Shown: one piece after another, positions 1-12,078 of the stretch
Layout: each line of letters starts with the position of its first letter
How positions within the stretch are numbered: position 1 is the first letter of the stretch
Source of the DNA: an uncultured Acidobacteriota bacterium
Lineage (GTDB): Bacteria; Acidobacteriota; Blastocatellia; RBC074
Length of the DNA: 64,000 nucleotides
Assembly: GCA_963796275.1 (NCBI GenBank)
Contig: CAWCKY010000002.1
Coordinates: forward strand, 576,001-640,000
Direction of reading: 5' to 3'
Program-made: the position numbers and the translations under genes
The notes under the pieces: model-generated
Database searches by the model: none
Seen by the model: only the letters and a program-made list of their open reading frames with translations
Told to the model about the DNA's origin: nothing

Positions 1-2247
1 GAGGCGGTCAAAAAGGCGATGGTTGAGCTGAAAGGGCGCTTCCCGGCTGACCTTGAATATGACATCTCCTTCGATACCACGCTCCCCGTGACCGAAGGCA
101 TCAAGGAGATCCTCATCACGCTCGTCGAGGCGATGATCCTCGTTACACTCGTCGTTTTTCTTTTCCTGCAGAACTGGCGCGCGACGATTATCCCGATGAT
201 CGCCGTCCCGGTATCTCTGATCGGCACCTTCGCTATATTTCCCTTACTGGGTTTTTCCATCAATACCCTATCGCTATTCGCCTTCGTGCTCGCCATCGGT
301 CTGGTCGTTGACGACGCGATTGTGGTGGTCGAAGCCGTCGAACAACATATCGAAGAGGGGTTGTCGCCCCGCGAGGCAACGATTCAGGCGATGAAGAAGG
401 TTTCAGGGCCGGTCATCGCCATCGCGCTGATCCTCTCCTCGGTCTTCCTCCCGGTGGCGTTTATGGGAGGCATTCAAGGCCGGCTTAACAATCAGTTCGC
501 GGTGACGATTGCCATCTCGATGCTCATCTCGGCCTTCAATGCGCTGACCCTTTCGCCGGCTCTCGCGGCGTTGCTGTTGAGGCCGCGCCAACCGTCGCGC
601 GGTCTCCTCGGCCGTTTTTTCGACGGCTTCAATCGAATATTCGGGAAGGTGATGCACGGCTACGTCAATTGGAGCCATGCCCTTATCCGCAAGGCGGTGA
701 TCGCCGTAATGATCCTCACCGGCTTCATGCTGGTGGATGGTCTCATCGGCAAAAATCTGCCCACCAGTTTTCTACCAGAAGAGGATTACGGCTACGCTTT
801 CCTCAATGTCCAGCTTCCGGCGGCCGCCTCGCTCGAGCGGACGGATCAGGTGTTGAAAAAGATCGAGGATATCCTGGGCAAAACCGAAGGCGTCAAGTAC
901 TACGCGACTATCGGCGGGTTCAGCCTGCTGACCCGCACATCGGCGAGCTATCAGGGATTTTTCTTTCTCGGTCTCAAGCCCTGGGACGAACGGCAAACAA
1001 AGGATCTCGAAGCGAAGGCGATAGTTCAAAAGGTCAATGGCGCCTTGGCGACTCAGGTGCCCGAAGCGATAGCTTTTGCCTTCATGCCGCCGTCGATTCC
1101 CGGATTGGGCAACGCCGGAGGCTTCTCCCTATGGCTCCAGGACCGCAGCGGCGGATCGGTGGAATTTCTCGACCAAAATCTGCAAAAGTTCCTCGAAGCA
1201 TCCAGAAAACGTCCGGAGCTTGCCGGAGTCGTTTCGACGTTCAATGCCTCCGTTCCCCAAATCTACGCCGATGTCGATCGTGACAAGGTCTTGAAACAGG
1301 GAGTGGCTGTGGCAGATGTTTACCAGACATTACAGGCCTATCTGGGTGGACTTTATCTGAACCAGTTCAATCGGTTCGGCCGGGTATGGAGAGTCTTCGT
1401 TCAGGCGGAAGGAGATGAGCGGCGTAGCGAAAAGGATATCGATCAATACTATGTGCGCAACAACCAGGGCAATATGGTTCCCCTCTCGGCATTGATCACG
1501 ACGCGGCGGATCAGCGGTCCGGAATACACCAACCGCTTCAATCTCTACCGGGCAGCTCAGGTGATCGGAAGCGCAGCGCCCGGTTACAGCTCGGGTCAGG
1601 CAATGGCGGCCCTTGAAGAAGTGGCGAAGGAAGTGCTCCCAGCCGAGATGGGTTATGATTGGGCCGATCTATCCTATCAAGAGAAGCGTGCATCCGATGG
1701 AGCGATCACGGCGTTCGCGCTCTCACTATTATTCGTCTTCTTGATCCTGGCGGCGCTCTACGAGAGCTGGTCGCTGCCGTTTTCGGTGCTGCTGACCGTT
1801 CCGATCGCGGTCTTCGGCGCCCTGGTCGGCTTGTTGTTGCGCGGTTATGATCTGGATGTTTATGCACAGATCGGTCTGATGGTTCTCATCGGGCTTGCCG
1901 CCAAGAACGCGATCCTGATCGTCGAGTTCGCCAAGATTGAGTTCGAGAAGGGACGTAGTCTGGCAGAGGCAGCTCTGGAAGGCGCAAGGCTGCGCCGGCG
2001 TCCGCTCTTTATGACCTCATTCGCATTCATTCTGGGCTGCGTGCCGTTATGGTTCGCTACGGGCTCCGGGGCCGCGGCGCGTCAGATACTCGGTACTGTC
2101 GTGATCGCCGGAATGCTTTCAGACACGATTATCGCCAGCTTCCTCATTCCGGTGGGATTCTATGTGGTGGAGAAGTTCTCAGGTGCTGCCAAGAGGCGTA
2201 CGGCTGAAGTAGCGCCCGATGAGCCGGCGCCGGCGGCCGGCGACTGA
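1..2247 (+). CDS. RND (HAE1/AcrB-MexB family) multidrug efflux permease, 5' end outside the window
   Basis: Frame is open from base 1. Motifs [35 protein letters not shown] and [13 protein letters not shown], plus many TM helices. Confidence 0.95.
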   Translation, partial: EAVKKAMVELKGRFPADLEYDISFDTTLPVTEGIKEILITLVEAMILVTLVVFLFLQNWRATIIPMIAVPVSLIGTFAIFPLLGFSINTLSLFAFVLAIGLVVDDAIVVVEAVEQHIEEGLSPREATIQAMKKVSGPVIAIALILSSVFLPVAFMGGIQGRLNNQFAVTIAISMLISAFNALTLSPALAALLLRPRQPSRGLLGRFFDGFNRIFGKVMHGYVNWSHALIRKAVIAVMILTGFMLVDGLIGKNLPTSFLPEEDYGYAFLNVQLPAAASLERTDQVLKKIEDILGKTEGVKYYATIGGFSLLTRTSASYQGFFFLGLKPWDERQTKDLEAKAIVQKVNGALATQVPEAIAFAFMPPSIPGLGNAGGFSLWLQDRSGGSVEFLDQNLQKFLEASRKRPELAGVVSTFNASVPQIYADVDRDKVLKQGVAVADVYQTLQAYLGGLYLNQFNRFGRVWRVFVQAEGDERRSEKDIDQYYVRNNQGNMVPLSALITTRRISGPEYTNRFNLYRAAQVIGSAAPGYSSGQAMAALEEVAKEVLPAEMGYDWADLSYQEKRASDGAITAFALSLLFVFLILAALYESWSLPFSVLLTVPIAVFGALVGLLLRGYDLDVYAQIGLMVLIGLAAKNAILIVEFAKIEFEKGRSLAEAALEGARLRRRPLFMTSFAFILGCVPLWFATGSGAAARQILGTVVIAGMLSDTIIASFLIPVGFYVVEKFSGAAKRRTAEVAPDEPAPAAGD

Positions 2248-2499
2248 TGCATTTTTTATTGGCGACTTTTATTGGCGAAAGCATTCAAGGCGACTATGCA
2301 GCTCGGCCTGCGCCCTGACGGTCTTTGAATAAATAATGCACCCGTTTTTCTGCTCTATGCTGGATGGCGTGGTTGCATATATTTTTCAGAGACCGGCAAG
2401 CTGGAGCAGCTCGCAATAAATCGCGAGTCGCTATGCTATTGAAAATGTTGGCTCAACCGAAAAATTACAAATGCCCCGTTTGTGGAGATTCAACACGCT

Positions 2500-3903
2500 A
2501 TGAAGAATCGATTGATAATTTTAGCTGTATTTGTGAGTTTATTGTCGGGATGCATGGTTGGTCCCAAATACCGCAAGCCTGAAGTAAAACCGCCAGCAGT
2601 CTTTCGCGCTGATTCGGCCGCAACTCGTGATCCCAATTCTCTGGCCGATTTAAAATGGTTCGAAGTCTTCAAAGACGAGCGACTCCAGGAATTGATCAGG
2701 ACGGCGCTCGTTCATAATTACGATATGCGCGAAGCCGTCGCGCGCGTCAGCGCGGCGCGCGCCAATCTCGGCATTACGCGTTCCGATCAGCTCCCGAACA
2801 TCACCTCCGGGGTCGATATGACGACCCTGCGCAATTCCAATAGCGGTTCGTTTCCCATACAGAACGGCATATCTCTCGATCGAACATTTGGAGGAGTCGT
2901 GCTCAACCTGCTCTCTTTCGAACTCGATCTGTGGGGACGCCTGCGCCGGGCGACCGAAGCGGCACGCGCCGATCTACTCGCAGCTGACGAGAACCGCAAA
3001 GCGGTAATCACGACCCTGGTGGGCGATGTGGCAACCGCTTATTTCGACCTGCTAGAGCTCGATATGGAGCTGGAGATAGCGAAGCGAACTCTGGCAACCC
3101 GACAGGAATCGCTCCGTCTCATCCAGGTGCGCCAACAGGGCGGCGTCGCCACACAGCTGGATGTGCGCCAGGCCGAGCAACTGGTTTATGGTGCGGCTCA
3201 AACCATTCCCGACATCGAGCGGTTGATCGAACGAAGGGAGAACCAGATAAGCCTGCTTCTCGCCAATAACCCGGGAGAGATCGTGCGCGGACGACGGTTG
3301 ACCGAACAGGAGCAACCGCCCGCGGTGCCCACGGGGCTGCCGTCTGATTTACTCGAACGACGCCCGGACATCCGAGCGGCGGAGCAAAACCTGATCGCGT
3401 CGAATGCGATCATCGGCGTAGCGAAGGCCGCTTATTTTCCGAGAATCAGCCTGACGGGATTCATGGGGTACGAGAGCAATCAGCTATCGCGTCTGTTCAC
3501 CGGGCCAACGAGAGCCTGGCAGTTCGTCCCCCAGGTAACCCAGCCGATCTTCACCGCGGGCCGCATCAAGTCGAACGTGAGGTTGGCCGAGGCACAGCAA
3601 CAGATCGCGCTGGTGCAGTATGAACGGGCGATCCAGAGTGGCTTCCGCGAAGTGTCGGATTCCCTCATCGAGTATCGCAAAGTTAAAGAGATTCGTACGC
3701 AGCAGGAATTGCTGGTGACTACGCTGCAGGATCGATCGCGCCTGGCCTATTTACGCTATCGAGGCGGCGTAGACACGCTGCTCAACGCATTGGACGCCGA
3801 CCGCGACCTGTTCAGCGCGGAGTTGAGTCTGTCTTTAACCAGACGGAACGAACTGCTCGCTCTGGTCCAGCTCTACAAGGCCCTGGGCGGCGGCTGGCAA
3901 TAA
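2500..3903 (+). CDS. Efflux outer-membrane factor lipoprotein (NodT/OprM family)
   Basis: GGAG upstream of ATG 2500; lipobox LSGC; ELDLWGRLRR, RRPDIRAAE and C-terminal LYKALGGGW; lies directly after the RND permease. Confidence 0.95.
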   Translation: MKNRLIILAVFVSLLSGCMVGPKYRKPEVKPPAVFRADSAATRDPNSLADLKWFEVFKDERLQELIRTALVHNYDMREAVARVSAARANLGITRSDQLPNITSGVDMTTLRNSNSGSFPIQNGISLDRTFGGVVLNLLSFELDLWGRLRRATEAARADLLAADENRKAVITTLVGDVATAYFDLLELDMELEIAKRTLATRQESLRLIQVRQQGGVATQLDVRQAEQLVYGAAQTIPDIERLIERRENQISLLLANNPGEIVRGRRLTEQEQPPAVPTGLPSDLLERRPDIRAAEQNLIASNAIIGVAKAAYFPRISLTGFMGYESNQLSRLFTGPTRAWQFVPQVTQPIFTAGRIKSNVRLAEAQQQIALVQYERAIQSGFREVSDSLIEYRKVKEIRTQQELLVTTLQDRSRLAYLRYRGGVDTLLNALDADRDLFSAELSLSLTRRNELLALVQLYKALGGGWQ

Positions 3904-3990
3904 TAAATATAAGGGGGGAATCGCTACAGAACACAAATAGTTAATGGGGCAGAGGAGACCGCGCATGGTCATAACTCTGCCTCTGTGAAA

Positions 3991-4054
3991 CCATCCCCCA
4001 CCCCATCCCCCATCCCCCATCCCCCATACCCCATCCTTCCCATTCTTCCCATCC
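3991..4054. repeat. C-rich heptamer tandem repeat (CCCCCAT-like), G-run rich on the minus strand
   Basis: ccatcccccaccccatcccccatcccccatcccccataccccatccttcccattcttcccatcc. Confidence 0.85.
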
Positions 4055-4208
4055 GGTTCTAAAAATAGTGGACTGATCAATTATTGTAAAATTGGCTCTT
4101 GCCCCAGTCCACTTTCCCGATACTATTACCATCAGATTTTTCAACGACCGCGGCTCCAGAGAGCCAAATGATCGGTACGGCCGCCTGTCCGTAACTAGTA
4201 AAAGATTC

Positions 4209-4238
4209 TTGACAGGTTACTCCGAATACAGGTAATCT
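4209..4238 (+). promoter_or_regulatory. Possible sigma70 promoter for the TPR gene
   Basis: TTGACA at 4209-4214 and TAATCT at 4233-4238 (18-nt spacer); GGAGGGAG RBS before ATG 4313. Confidence 0.35.
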
Positions 4239-4312
4239 GCAACCGATCAAATACATATAGCCGGTTACTACAAAAAGTTCGCCGGACGGAGGAGAGAACA
4301 AAGGAGGGAGAG

Positions 4313-5308
4313 ATGTCAGTCAACCAACGCATGCTGCGGGGGATCGGGCGATATTTCGTTTCGGCTGGTTCCCTGCTCGTCTTTCTGACGGCGGTCCACG
4401 CACAAGGTTCGCGCGCGGAGTCGGCGCGGTCATACATCGAACGTGGCAACGAGTGGTTGGACAAGAAGGATTTCGAGCGCGCCATTGAAGATTTCGATCT
4501 GGCAATCGCATTCGACTCGCGGGCGGCCAAGGCATACAACAATCGCGGCATCGCGCGCCAGGCGAAGGGCGATCTGGACGGAGCGCTGGCGGATTTCAAT
4601 CGCGCGATCGAACTAGACTCGCGTTATCTCAAGGCCTACCACAACCGCGGACTCCTACGCGATGAACGGGGCGACTACGATGGGGCGATCGGCGATTTCA
4701 GCAGAGCACTGGAGATTGATCCGCGCTACGATCGAGGTCTGAGCAATCGCGCCAGCGCCCGATATGCCAAGGGCGATTTTACCGGCGCCATGGCGGACAG
4801 CACGGCGGCGCTTGCGCTCAACTCGCGCTCCCGGCTGGCGCTCATCACCCGCGGATTGGCTCGTCAAAAACGGCGCGATCTTGACGGAGCGCTAGCTGAT
4901 TTCAATCGTGCCATCGCAATCGATTCCAGCCATGCCGATGATCACTTCAATCGCGGCAACGTCAGGTTCGAAAAAGGCGAATTGAAGAGCGCTCTCGCCG
5001 ACTACACGCGCGCCCTCGCTCTCGATCCGAATCTCGCTGAGGTATATAACAATCGAGGAGTTCTCTATGTTACGCAAGACAAGATGGACCTGGCGCTGGA
5101 TGACTACAACCACGCGCTTCTCCTCAATCCGCAAGGGGCGATGATCTATTTGAATCGTGGACTGACCAGACTTCTGAAAGGGCAAAAGATTGAGGCGCAG
5201 CAGGATTTCGATAAATGCCTGACCCTTGACGCGAATCTTAAACCCGTACTGGAACAACGCATCAAGCTAGCGAAACAATGGCAGCTGGAAATCAAGCAGG
5301 GCTTCTGA
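4313..5308 (+). CDS. Secreted tetratricopeptide-repeat protein
   Basis: Signal-peptide-like N-terminus (AVHA); about 8 TPR units of the type AYNNRG..GDLDGALADFNRAI.LD. Confidence 0.9.
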   Translation: MSVNQRMLRGIGRYFVSAGSLLVFLTAVHAQGSRAESARSYIERGNEWLDKKDFERAIEDFDLAIAFDSRAAKAYNNRGIARQAKGDLDGALADFNRAIELDSRYLKAYHNRGLLRDERGDYDGAIGDFSRALEIDPRYDRGLSNRASARYAKGDFTGAMADSTAALALNSRSRLALITRGLARQKRRDLDGALADFNRAIAIDSSHADDHFNRGNVRFEKGELKSALADYTRALALDPNLAEVYNNRGVLYVTQDKMDLALDDYNHALLLNPQGAMIYLNRGLTRLLKGQKIEAQQDFDKCLTLDANLKPVLEQRIKLAKQWQLEIKQGF

Positions 5309-5329
5309 TTCAAAAAGGACGTGTAGAAC

Positions 5330-6127
5330 ATGAATGATTTATCTTTTTTTACAACCGACGATGGGTGTCGGATCGCATATCGATTCGATGGACCAGCCCA
5401 CGCGCCGATATTGGTTCTATCGAACTCAATCGGCACCACCTTGAACATGTGGGATTTACAAATTAAGGACCTATCGAATCATTTCCGCGTTCTCCGCTAC
5501 GACACTCGAGGCCATGGCTCCTCGGGCGTCCCGGCGGGAGCTTATTCGGCTGACCGGCTCGGATGGGACGTGATCGAGTTGCTCGACGCATTGCACATAA
5601 ACAGAGCGCATTTCTGTGGGCTCTCGCTAGGCGGCGTGGTCGGCCAATGGCTGGGTATCCATACTCCCGAAAGGATCGACCGCCTGGTACTGTGCCATAC
5701 CACATCCTATCTCGGGCCGGCTGAACAATGGAATAATCGGATAGCCGCCGTGTTGAAAGCCGAGGACATGTCCGAAACCGCCGACATGTTTCTCGGTAAT
5801 TGGTTCCCTCCCGAGATGCTGGAGGCGAAGAGCTCCATCATAGAATCAGTTCGGGCCATGTTGCTATCCATTCATCCACAAGGATATGCCGGATGCTATG
5901 CCGCCGTTCGCGATATGGACATGCGCCGGACGGTGGCGCTCATCAGTTCCCCGACACTTGTGATCGCAGGTCGATACGATACTGTTACTCTCCCAAGTCA
6001 TAGCGAATTAATCGCTGCGACCGTTCCTGGATCGCGACTGATTATTTTACCTGCGGTGCACTTATCCAATATTGAATATCCCGCCGAATTCATGAGCGCG
6101 GTGCTCGAATTCCTGCTCCCGAAATAG
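5330..6127 (+). CDS. pcaD: 3-oxoadipate enol-lactonase-like alpha/beta hydrolase
   Basis: LSNSIGT, YDTRGHG, nucleophile elbow GLSLGG, AVHLSNIE. Confidence 0.8.
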   Translation: MNDLSFFTTDDGCRIAYRFDGPAHAPILVLSNSIGTTLNMWDLQIKDLSNHFRVLRYDTRGHGSSGVPAGAYSADRLGWDVIELLDALHINRAHFCGLSLGGVVGQWLGIHTPERIDRLVLCHTTSYLGPAEQWNNRIAAVLKAEDMSETADMFLGNWFPPEMLEAKSSIIESVRAMLLSIHPQGYAGCYAAVRDMDMRRTVALISSPTLVIAGRYDTVTLPSHSELIAATVPGSRLIILPAVHLSNIEYPAEFMSAVLEFLLPK

Positions 6128-6224
6128 ACGCAGTCATCGGTCCCTGTCTGATCAAGTTCAATTCCATTTCTCTAGAATCGGTGATCTACCTCAGGGCCGA
6201 TAGCTGGATTGAAAGGTTGATGAC

Positions 6225-6875
6225 TTACTTTCTGGCTTTCTCGAGGAATTGCACCAGTACTTTACTGCTAACGGCATCGGCGAAACCGAGGTCTTCGCGA
6301 ACGGGAACACCGAGTAGCGCGCCATCGACGGCAGACATCATCTGCCCGCCGGATGTGCCACGCGGGATCGCGGCCTTGGCGGTTACCTCGCCGGGCGGCG
6401 CAATGAGGACGTTGCCCCAAGTAACCACTCCACGGTCTCCGTGCGGGTTACTGCCGATCGTGAAGACTGGTTCCCCATAGTTCGGTTCCGTTCTGATAGA
6501 GATTTTGGATACGGTTACTGGACGTGGTACGAGTAACCGCAGAAGATCATGCTGTGGGTCCATTCCGCGAATTTCAGCTGTCAGGCCGTCGGCATATACT
6601 TTTTTACTTTGACGTTTTGCACCGCTATTTCCACAACGGATAAGATGGTAAGCGGTAATTATCTCTGCCTTACCATCCTCCTGGTAACCGGTGAGAAAAC
6701 CGCTCCCGAGCAGACAGTCACTCGTTACCAATACGAAGCGGGCTTTTGCCGGGCCAACAAGGTCGGGTTTACTGTTACTGATACCCGGTTCATTTCCGGA
6801 GCATAAGATAAGCAGTACCAAGACGTGGACTGCTCTGAGACCTCTTCTCATCATCGAAAGTCCCATCGGTTTCAC
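6225..6875 (-). CDS. Trypsin-like (S1) serine protease domain protein, likely secreted; start uncertain (6851-6875)
   Basis: Catalytic triad motifs ITAYH, HDLLRL and GTSGG; hydrophobic N-terminal segment; no PDZ domain. Confidence 0.75.
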   Translation of the reverse strand: MKPMGLSMMRRGLRAVHVLVLLILCSGNEPGISNSKPDLVGPAKARFVLVTSDCLLGSGFLTGYQEDGKAEIITAYHLIRCGNSGAKRQSKKVYADGLTAEIRGMDPQHDLLRLLVPRPVTVSKISIRTEPNYGEPVFTIGSNPHGDRGVVTWGNVLIAPPGEVTAKAAIPRGTSGGQMMSAVDGALLGVPVREDLGFADAVSSKVLVQFLEKARK

Positions 6876-7671
6876 CCGTAGCGCCCCGGTATTGTTGTAG
6901 ACTAATTAATTTCTTATTGGCTTGGTGCTGATATACTCTTCTTAACACTTATGGTGGAAAGAGAGGGTTTCAACGACTAGGAGAATTCACTTTAAAAACA
7001 CAAATTACTTGAAAAGGCCGGGGCATTCGCCTTTTCTTTAAGCTTTTCTGTGACTTCTACTGCCTATGGGCTGACTAAACCCTCAATTTGGGAGTTAAAT
7101 TGAATAATACCGTAATGATGATAGCTGAAAGGTTGGAGGCTATGCAAGTCAGAAAATAATTTTGATCAAATATCTGTAGGTGTCCGGGGTATCGGTTGAG
7201 CTCATCGCAATATTCTGCCCACGCGATTTGTCCTTATCCGATCGAGACACGGCCGGCCGGCTAGGTGATGACTGAGTATTACCTCTTCCAATACTAAATG
7301 CGCTTTGTTTCAGATGGATATCTAGTAATCTAACTGCTCACAACTTGTCCTCGAGTAGCTAATACCAAAATAATCAGAACTATGGCGTATAGTATTTTGT
7401 GAAAATGCATGTCACATCCTATAACTGTAATGTGTAACAACGCGGATCAGGGGTTACTCTGCGTGCCTGGGTACTTAGACATTATGACCGAATGGGTATG
7501 GGAACAAGCCCCGAAGGTCTGACGTAACGCCGAACGCAAGAGTCGATTGATCTATATGTGGCACTTCTACAACGCCTGACCCAAGATAATTTCTTCTTCC
7601 CTTCGCCTGCCGCTCTGGCTATATTCTCCTTACCCGAAAATTTTACGATTTTGCATTTCAGGTCGAAGAGG

Positions 7672-8193
7672 ATGAATACAGTGACAAAACCTGAACCCTG
7701 GTTGTGCGGCCCGCTCGATGATGTTTCGCCATTGACCATGCCGGCCGCACACGCGTTGGCACAGTCGCGCGGCGACATCGAAGTCCATGCTTCCAATTTA
7801 ACGGATTCCGAGGTCTGGCTTAAACCCAATGGATCTCCGTCGGTGGGGTTCCACCTTCGCCACATCGCGGGAAGCATCGACCGATTGCTCGCATATACGG
7901 CGGGGCGCAGCCTGACCGATGAACAGTTTCGATATCTAGGATCGGAAGGCCTACCAGGGGAACCGCCACTCGATACCGAAAGTCTCATATCATCCGCACA
8001 ATTGAAGATAGATGAAGCGCTGCAGGTTATCCGCTCGATACCCGATGATATGCTCTTCGAGCCGCGCGTCGTCGGACGCGCGCATCTCCCCACCAATGTT
8101 TTCGGTCTGTTATTCCATATCGCTGAACACACGCAGCGGCATACGGGTCAGCTCATCACCACAGCCCGAATCGTACGCGGGATGAATCGATAG
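7672..8193 (+). CDS. DinB/YfiT family protein
   Basis: PEPWL.GP, SVGFHLRHIAGSIDRL and HIAEHTQRH.GQ His motifs; GAAGAGG before ATG 7672. Confidence 0.85.
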   Translation: MNTVTKPEPWLCGPLDDVSPLTMPAAHALAQSRGDIEVHASNLTDSEVWLKPNGSPSVGFHLRHIAGSIDRLLAYTAGRSLTDEQFRYLGSEGLPGEPPLDTESLISSAQLKIDEALQVIRSIPDDMLFEPRVVGRAHLPTNVFGLLFHIAEHTQRHTGQLITTARIVRGMNR

Positions 8194-8195
8194 AT

Positions 8196-8241
8196 AGGAA
8201 AAGGTAAGACGGGTAAAGCATCCCCCGTCTCACATTTTCCT
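8196..8241. terminator. Probable bidirectional intrinsic terminator between convergent genes
   Basis: Inverted repeat aggaaaa..agacggg / cccgtct..ttttcct between the DinB and TBDR stop codons. Confidence 0.6.
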
Positions 8242-8247
8242 GTTGAA

Positions 8248-11200
8248 TCAAAACTCTACGCGAAATCCTACCTGTCCCGTACGATTGCCGTTGACGGATG
8301 TCACCTGGCCGAAAAGCGGGCTAACGACGTCGGTTACGATCCCTTCGAAGGAATGACGGTTGAACGCATTCAGGAACTCGGCGCGGAACTCCGCTTTAAT
8401 GCCTTCGCGAATCTTGAAGGCTTTCCTCAATCCGATATCTTCGTTGAATCCCCACCGATCGCGGATATTCATGGCAAACCCGACAGTGCCGAGCGTGAAC
8501 GGTTGGTGATCGACGATCAATCCCGGAACGAGATAGCGGTTATTCGCAACATTATTGGCGTTGATTTTCGTAACGTCGAATTTTTCAGGATCAAATCCCG
8601 CATAAAACGATAGGTTTTGCGGATTGTTCAGGTCTGGCCGGTTGGCGCGCCCGTTGAATCCCGGGATGCCGCTCCCGGAGAAGCGCAACGGCGTGCCGCT
8701 CAGGTAATTTCCGATGTAGGTGATCTGCCAATTGCCCACGATAAAATCGAGGGCGCGGTTCAATCCCCCAAGGAACTTGCGATTGCGGCCGATTGGAAGA
8801 TCCCAAACGACCGAGGTCTTGATGTTATGCGTGCGGTCATCATCCGCAATACTCTTCTCCAGGCGCATATTGTAGATGTCGAGCGGACGCGACCCATTCT
8901 CGTTGATCAACGTCGATTCCATGTTCTGCATTGTCTTCGAGAGGTTGTAATTCCAATAGATGCTAAGACCTTGACCGAATCGTTTGTTGACCACGATCTG
9001 CATCGAGTGGAAAGAAGACTGACCATACGGCGCCCGGTAGGTTCCCAAACCGATGCCGTTGCGCGCCAGGTGCGGGTATGGCACCAGCGCCTGCCACAAA
9101 AATCCGCCGGCGAATGCAGGGTAAGGTAGTTTCGGCAAACCGTACTTTTGAGCATCTGCATCCGTGTTCAACCTCACACTCGCCAGATCCTGGCCGAACG
9201 GCAGATACTGCGGATCGAGCTGATTCTTGTTCGCTACCTCGCCCGCCCATATTCCCGTCGCTTTATTGGCTACATATCCAATGTCAACCACCAGGTCCTT
9301 GATCAGCTCACGCTGAATATTGAGGTTCCATTGCTGTGTGTACGGAATCTGGCCCGAATTCGGATCCCATTCCGTTACTCCGCCCAACCTCCAGAGCGTT
9401 GGATCAAGGCTCGCCTGTACGAGATTGCCCGGATAGCCATTGTCCCAGTTGAAAACAGAGGTATGGCTCTGCGAATTTGTGAACGAATTGCTGTCGGCAA
9501 ATCCTCGCTGCGACGGTGCACCTGAGAATCCGTTAAAGACAGAAGCATTGTAAAAAATCCCATATGCTCCGCGAACCGTCCATCTCTCATCGGGCGACCA
9601 CGCGAACCCGATCCGCGGGCCGAAATTCTTTTTATCGCTCTCGACGAATCTGCGATTGCCGATGCGCCCCGGCCCATTCCCGGCAAATTCTAGTGCACCT
9701 CTCATGCCTGTTAGCGGATCGATGAGTGCGAGGTTGAAGTTGGTAGTCCGATCCGCTACTTCGACAGGCGACGGCTGTAATTCATATCGCAATCCGATGT
9801 TGAACGTCAGATTGCGGCGAAACTTGAAGTCGTCCTGCACGAACCCGCTGTAATAATAAATTCTTCCCCCCGAGACAAGCGGTGTTCCGACACTCGCGCT
9901 CTGCACTTCACCGAGGAGAAATGCCGCGAATGAATGCCCTATAAAATTGACTCCCGGAATACCCGTTTGAGCAGCATTGAAATTGAATGTGCCGGGGAGA
10001 TTGCCGTTTGGTTGGTTATTCTGCTGGTTGCCGCGGAAATCCAAGCCAAATTTCAGGAAGTGACGGCCGCGCGACCAGCTGACGGTATCGGAGATGCCCC
10101 ACGAGTTGTAGGCCTGAAAATCGTCCTGCGGATCGCCGAGGGCGTCGAAGCTGATGGCGTTCGGACCTCCGCCCCAGTTGATGCGCGGACACGGGCCGTC
10201 CTGCTTGACTCCCTCGATGCCGAGCGCCGCCGCGCATCCGTCTTCAAGGTGGGCGGAACGGTTAGGGTTGGCCATACGGTTGTAAGATAAGGTGAAATGG
10301 TTGATCAACGTCGGCATGAACGTGAAATCGTGATTGATCCGCGCAAGCCAGGAGTTGATCACCTGCCGGCGCGCGGCAGAAAGCGGTCCTCCGAGCGGGT
10401 CGAGCTGAGACCATGGCCCGCCGGCATCGAGCAGCAAGCGCGGCCTTACGCTTCGCGCAATCATGCCACTCAGCTTTTGTTTATTGGAAAGATTGTGATC
10501 GAGCCGCAGCGACCATTGGTTCTGATCGAACTCCGGAGTTTGCGCTGTTGGGAAGAAATTGTTCAATGTCAGTTCGGTGCTCGCTGCCGCGTAATAATTC
10601 CTGGCGATCTCGCCGATACGACGCGACACCCGGCTGATGCGATACTGGGGAATGATGTTCCCCTCGAAACGATCGCGCACGAGCCCGGTTTTCACAGCTA
10701 TTCTCTTGGTGACCGAATCAAGTTCTCCTGCGGTCACCGGCCGCTCCGTTAATGGATCGTAGATCGCGCCACGATGGATCGGCCTCCCGAGGGCATCTTC
10801 GCCTTCTATTTCATCGGTAAGCAAACGCGATAAATTCCCATCGTACATTTCAGGTTGGGGTACGGTACGATTAGGTGCGCCGAAGACGAGCTGACGTTCG
10901 CGGTATCTCTCTACGGTAAAGAAGAAAAATGTTTTGTCACGTCCATCATAAGCGAGCGGGCCGAAGACCTTCTTCGGAAGTATGATCGGACCGCCAAAGC
11001 TCCCACCATAATTGAAACGTCGTTCCTTCGAGCGTGGGAGATCCTTTGCATTGTTGATGAACGAATTGGCGTTCAACACTTCGTTGCGGATACTGGCCGA
11101 AAGCGCTGCCATGCACCTGATTTTCCCCTGAGCGCATGACGAAATTGAACACTCCGCCTCCGGTGCGGCCAAACTCTGCTGATAAACCGCTGGTCTGAAT

Positions 11201-11836
11201 CTTGAATTCCTGCAATGCTTCCGGTGAGACGTATGATTCTCCGAAATGACCTGCGAGATAAGTCGTCACCGATGCTCCATCAAGCAGCACCTCCTTCGAA
11301 AAGAAAGGGCTGCCGTTTATCTTCGCTTGCCATGTTCCTCCTTCCACGCCGGGTGTCAGTTTATAAGCAAAATTTTCCGGCGAGCGCCCACCGCCAAAAC
11401 TGAGTGGCAGTTGGTTGAGTTGCTGCTTCGTAATGCTGGTTCCGACATCGGGAGTTTCGGTCTGGAGCAAGCTGGGTTCACCGGAGATATTGACGGTTTC
11501 ACTCGTTGCACCTACTTCGAGCTGAGCATCAACGCGCAGCGTCTGAGCAACACCGAGAGATAGCTGATCGCGCACCTGTTTTTTAAAGCCGTGCCCTTCG
11601 AAACTGATCAGGTATGTTCCCGTCTGTAAATTGGGCACGCTGTACTGCCCATATTCATTGGTCTGCGATTGGTACGTAGCCTGCGTCCCCGCAGAGGTTA
11701 TGGTAATTTTGACATCGCCAATTGCCGCCCCCGACGGGTCGGTGACTGAGCCTGTTATAGTCCCGCGATCCAGTTGCGCAAAAGCAGGCCCAACCGTTAG
11801 CAAGAGGGAGAATATAACCATACATGTGGTTCTCAT
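8248..11836 (-). CDS. TonB-dependent receptor (carboxypeptidase-regulatory N-domain, Oar-like) with a +1 frameshift near 11092
   Basis: ORFs 10946-11848 and 8248-11172 join as ..HGSAFGQ/IRNEVLNAN.. if one base is removed at 11092. GGAGGT RBS before ATG 11836; C-terminal FRVEF. Confidence 0.85.
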
Positions 11837-12078
11837 GCTGACCTCCATTGTCTATTTGCAAGTAAGTGGAAGGACGACAGCGATTGCAGTAATACGCGCT
11901 GCCAGATTCTATTGAATGTGATTGTTAGAGTTCGTCAGGCGGAATTTACTCCAGAATTTTCAGACCGGCAAGGATTTTTGGTTTGACCATTTGATTTCCT
12001 TCATATCGCAGTGAACGAACTGTGGTTGTATAATTCACCGTCAATCAATTCAATTTATCCATATCGGAGGAATACATT

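Noticed and set aside
5330-6127. Complete beta-ketoadipate (pca) pathway
   Set aside because: Only a pcaD-like hydrolase is present, with no pcaB/C/G/H/I/J neighbours.
7482-8132. 216-aa minus-strand ORF and similar long antisense ORFs (for example 14512-15195, 26405-27088, 48559-49269, 54998-55660)
   Set aside because: They are shadows of well-supported genes on the opposite strand and show no recognisable motifs.
11088-11094. Programmed ribosomal frameshifting or phase variation at the four split genes
   Set aside because: No slippery heptamers or long homopolymers; the shared GGATCT context favours sequencing error.
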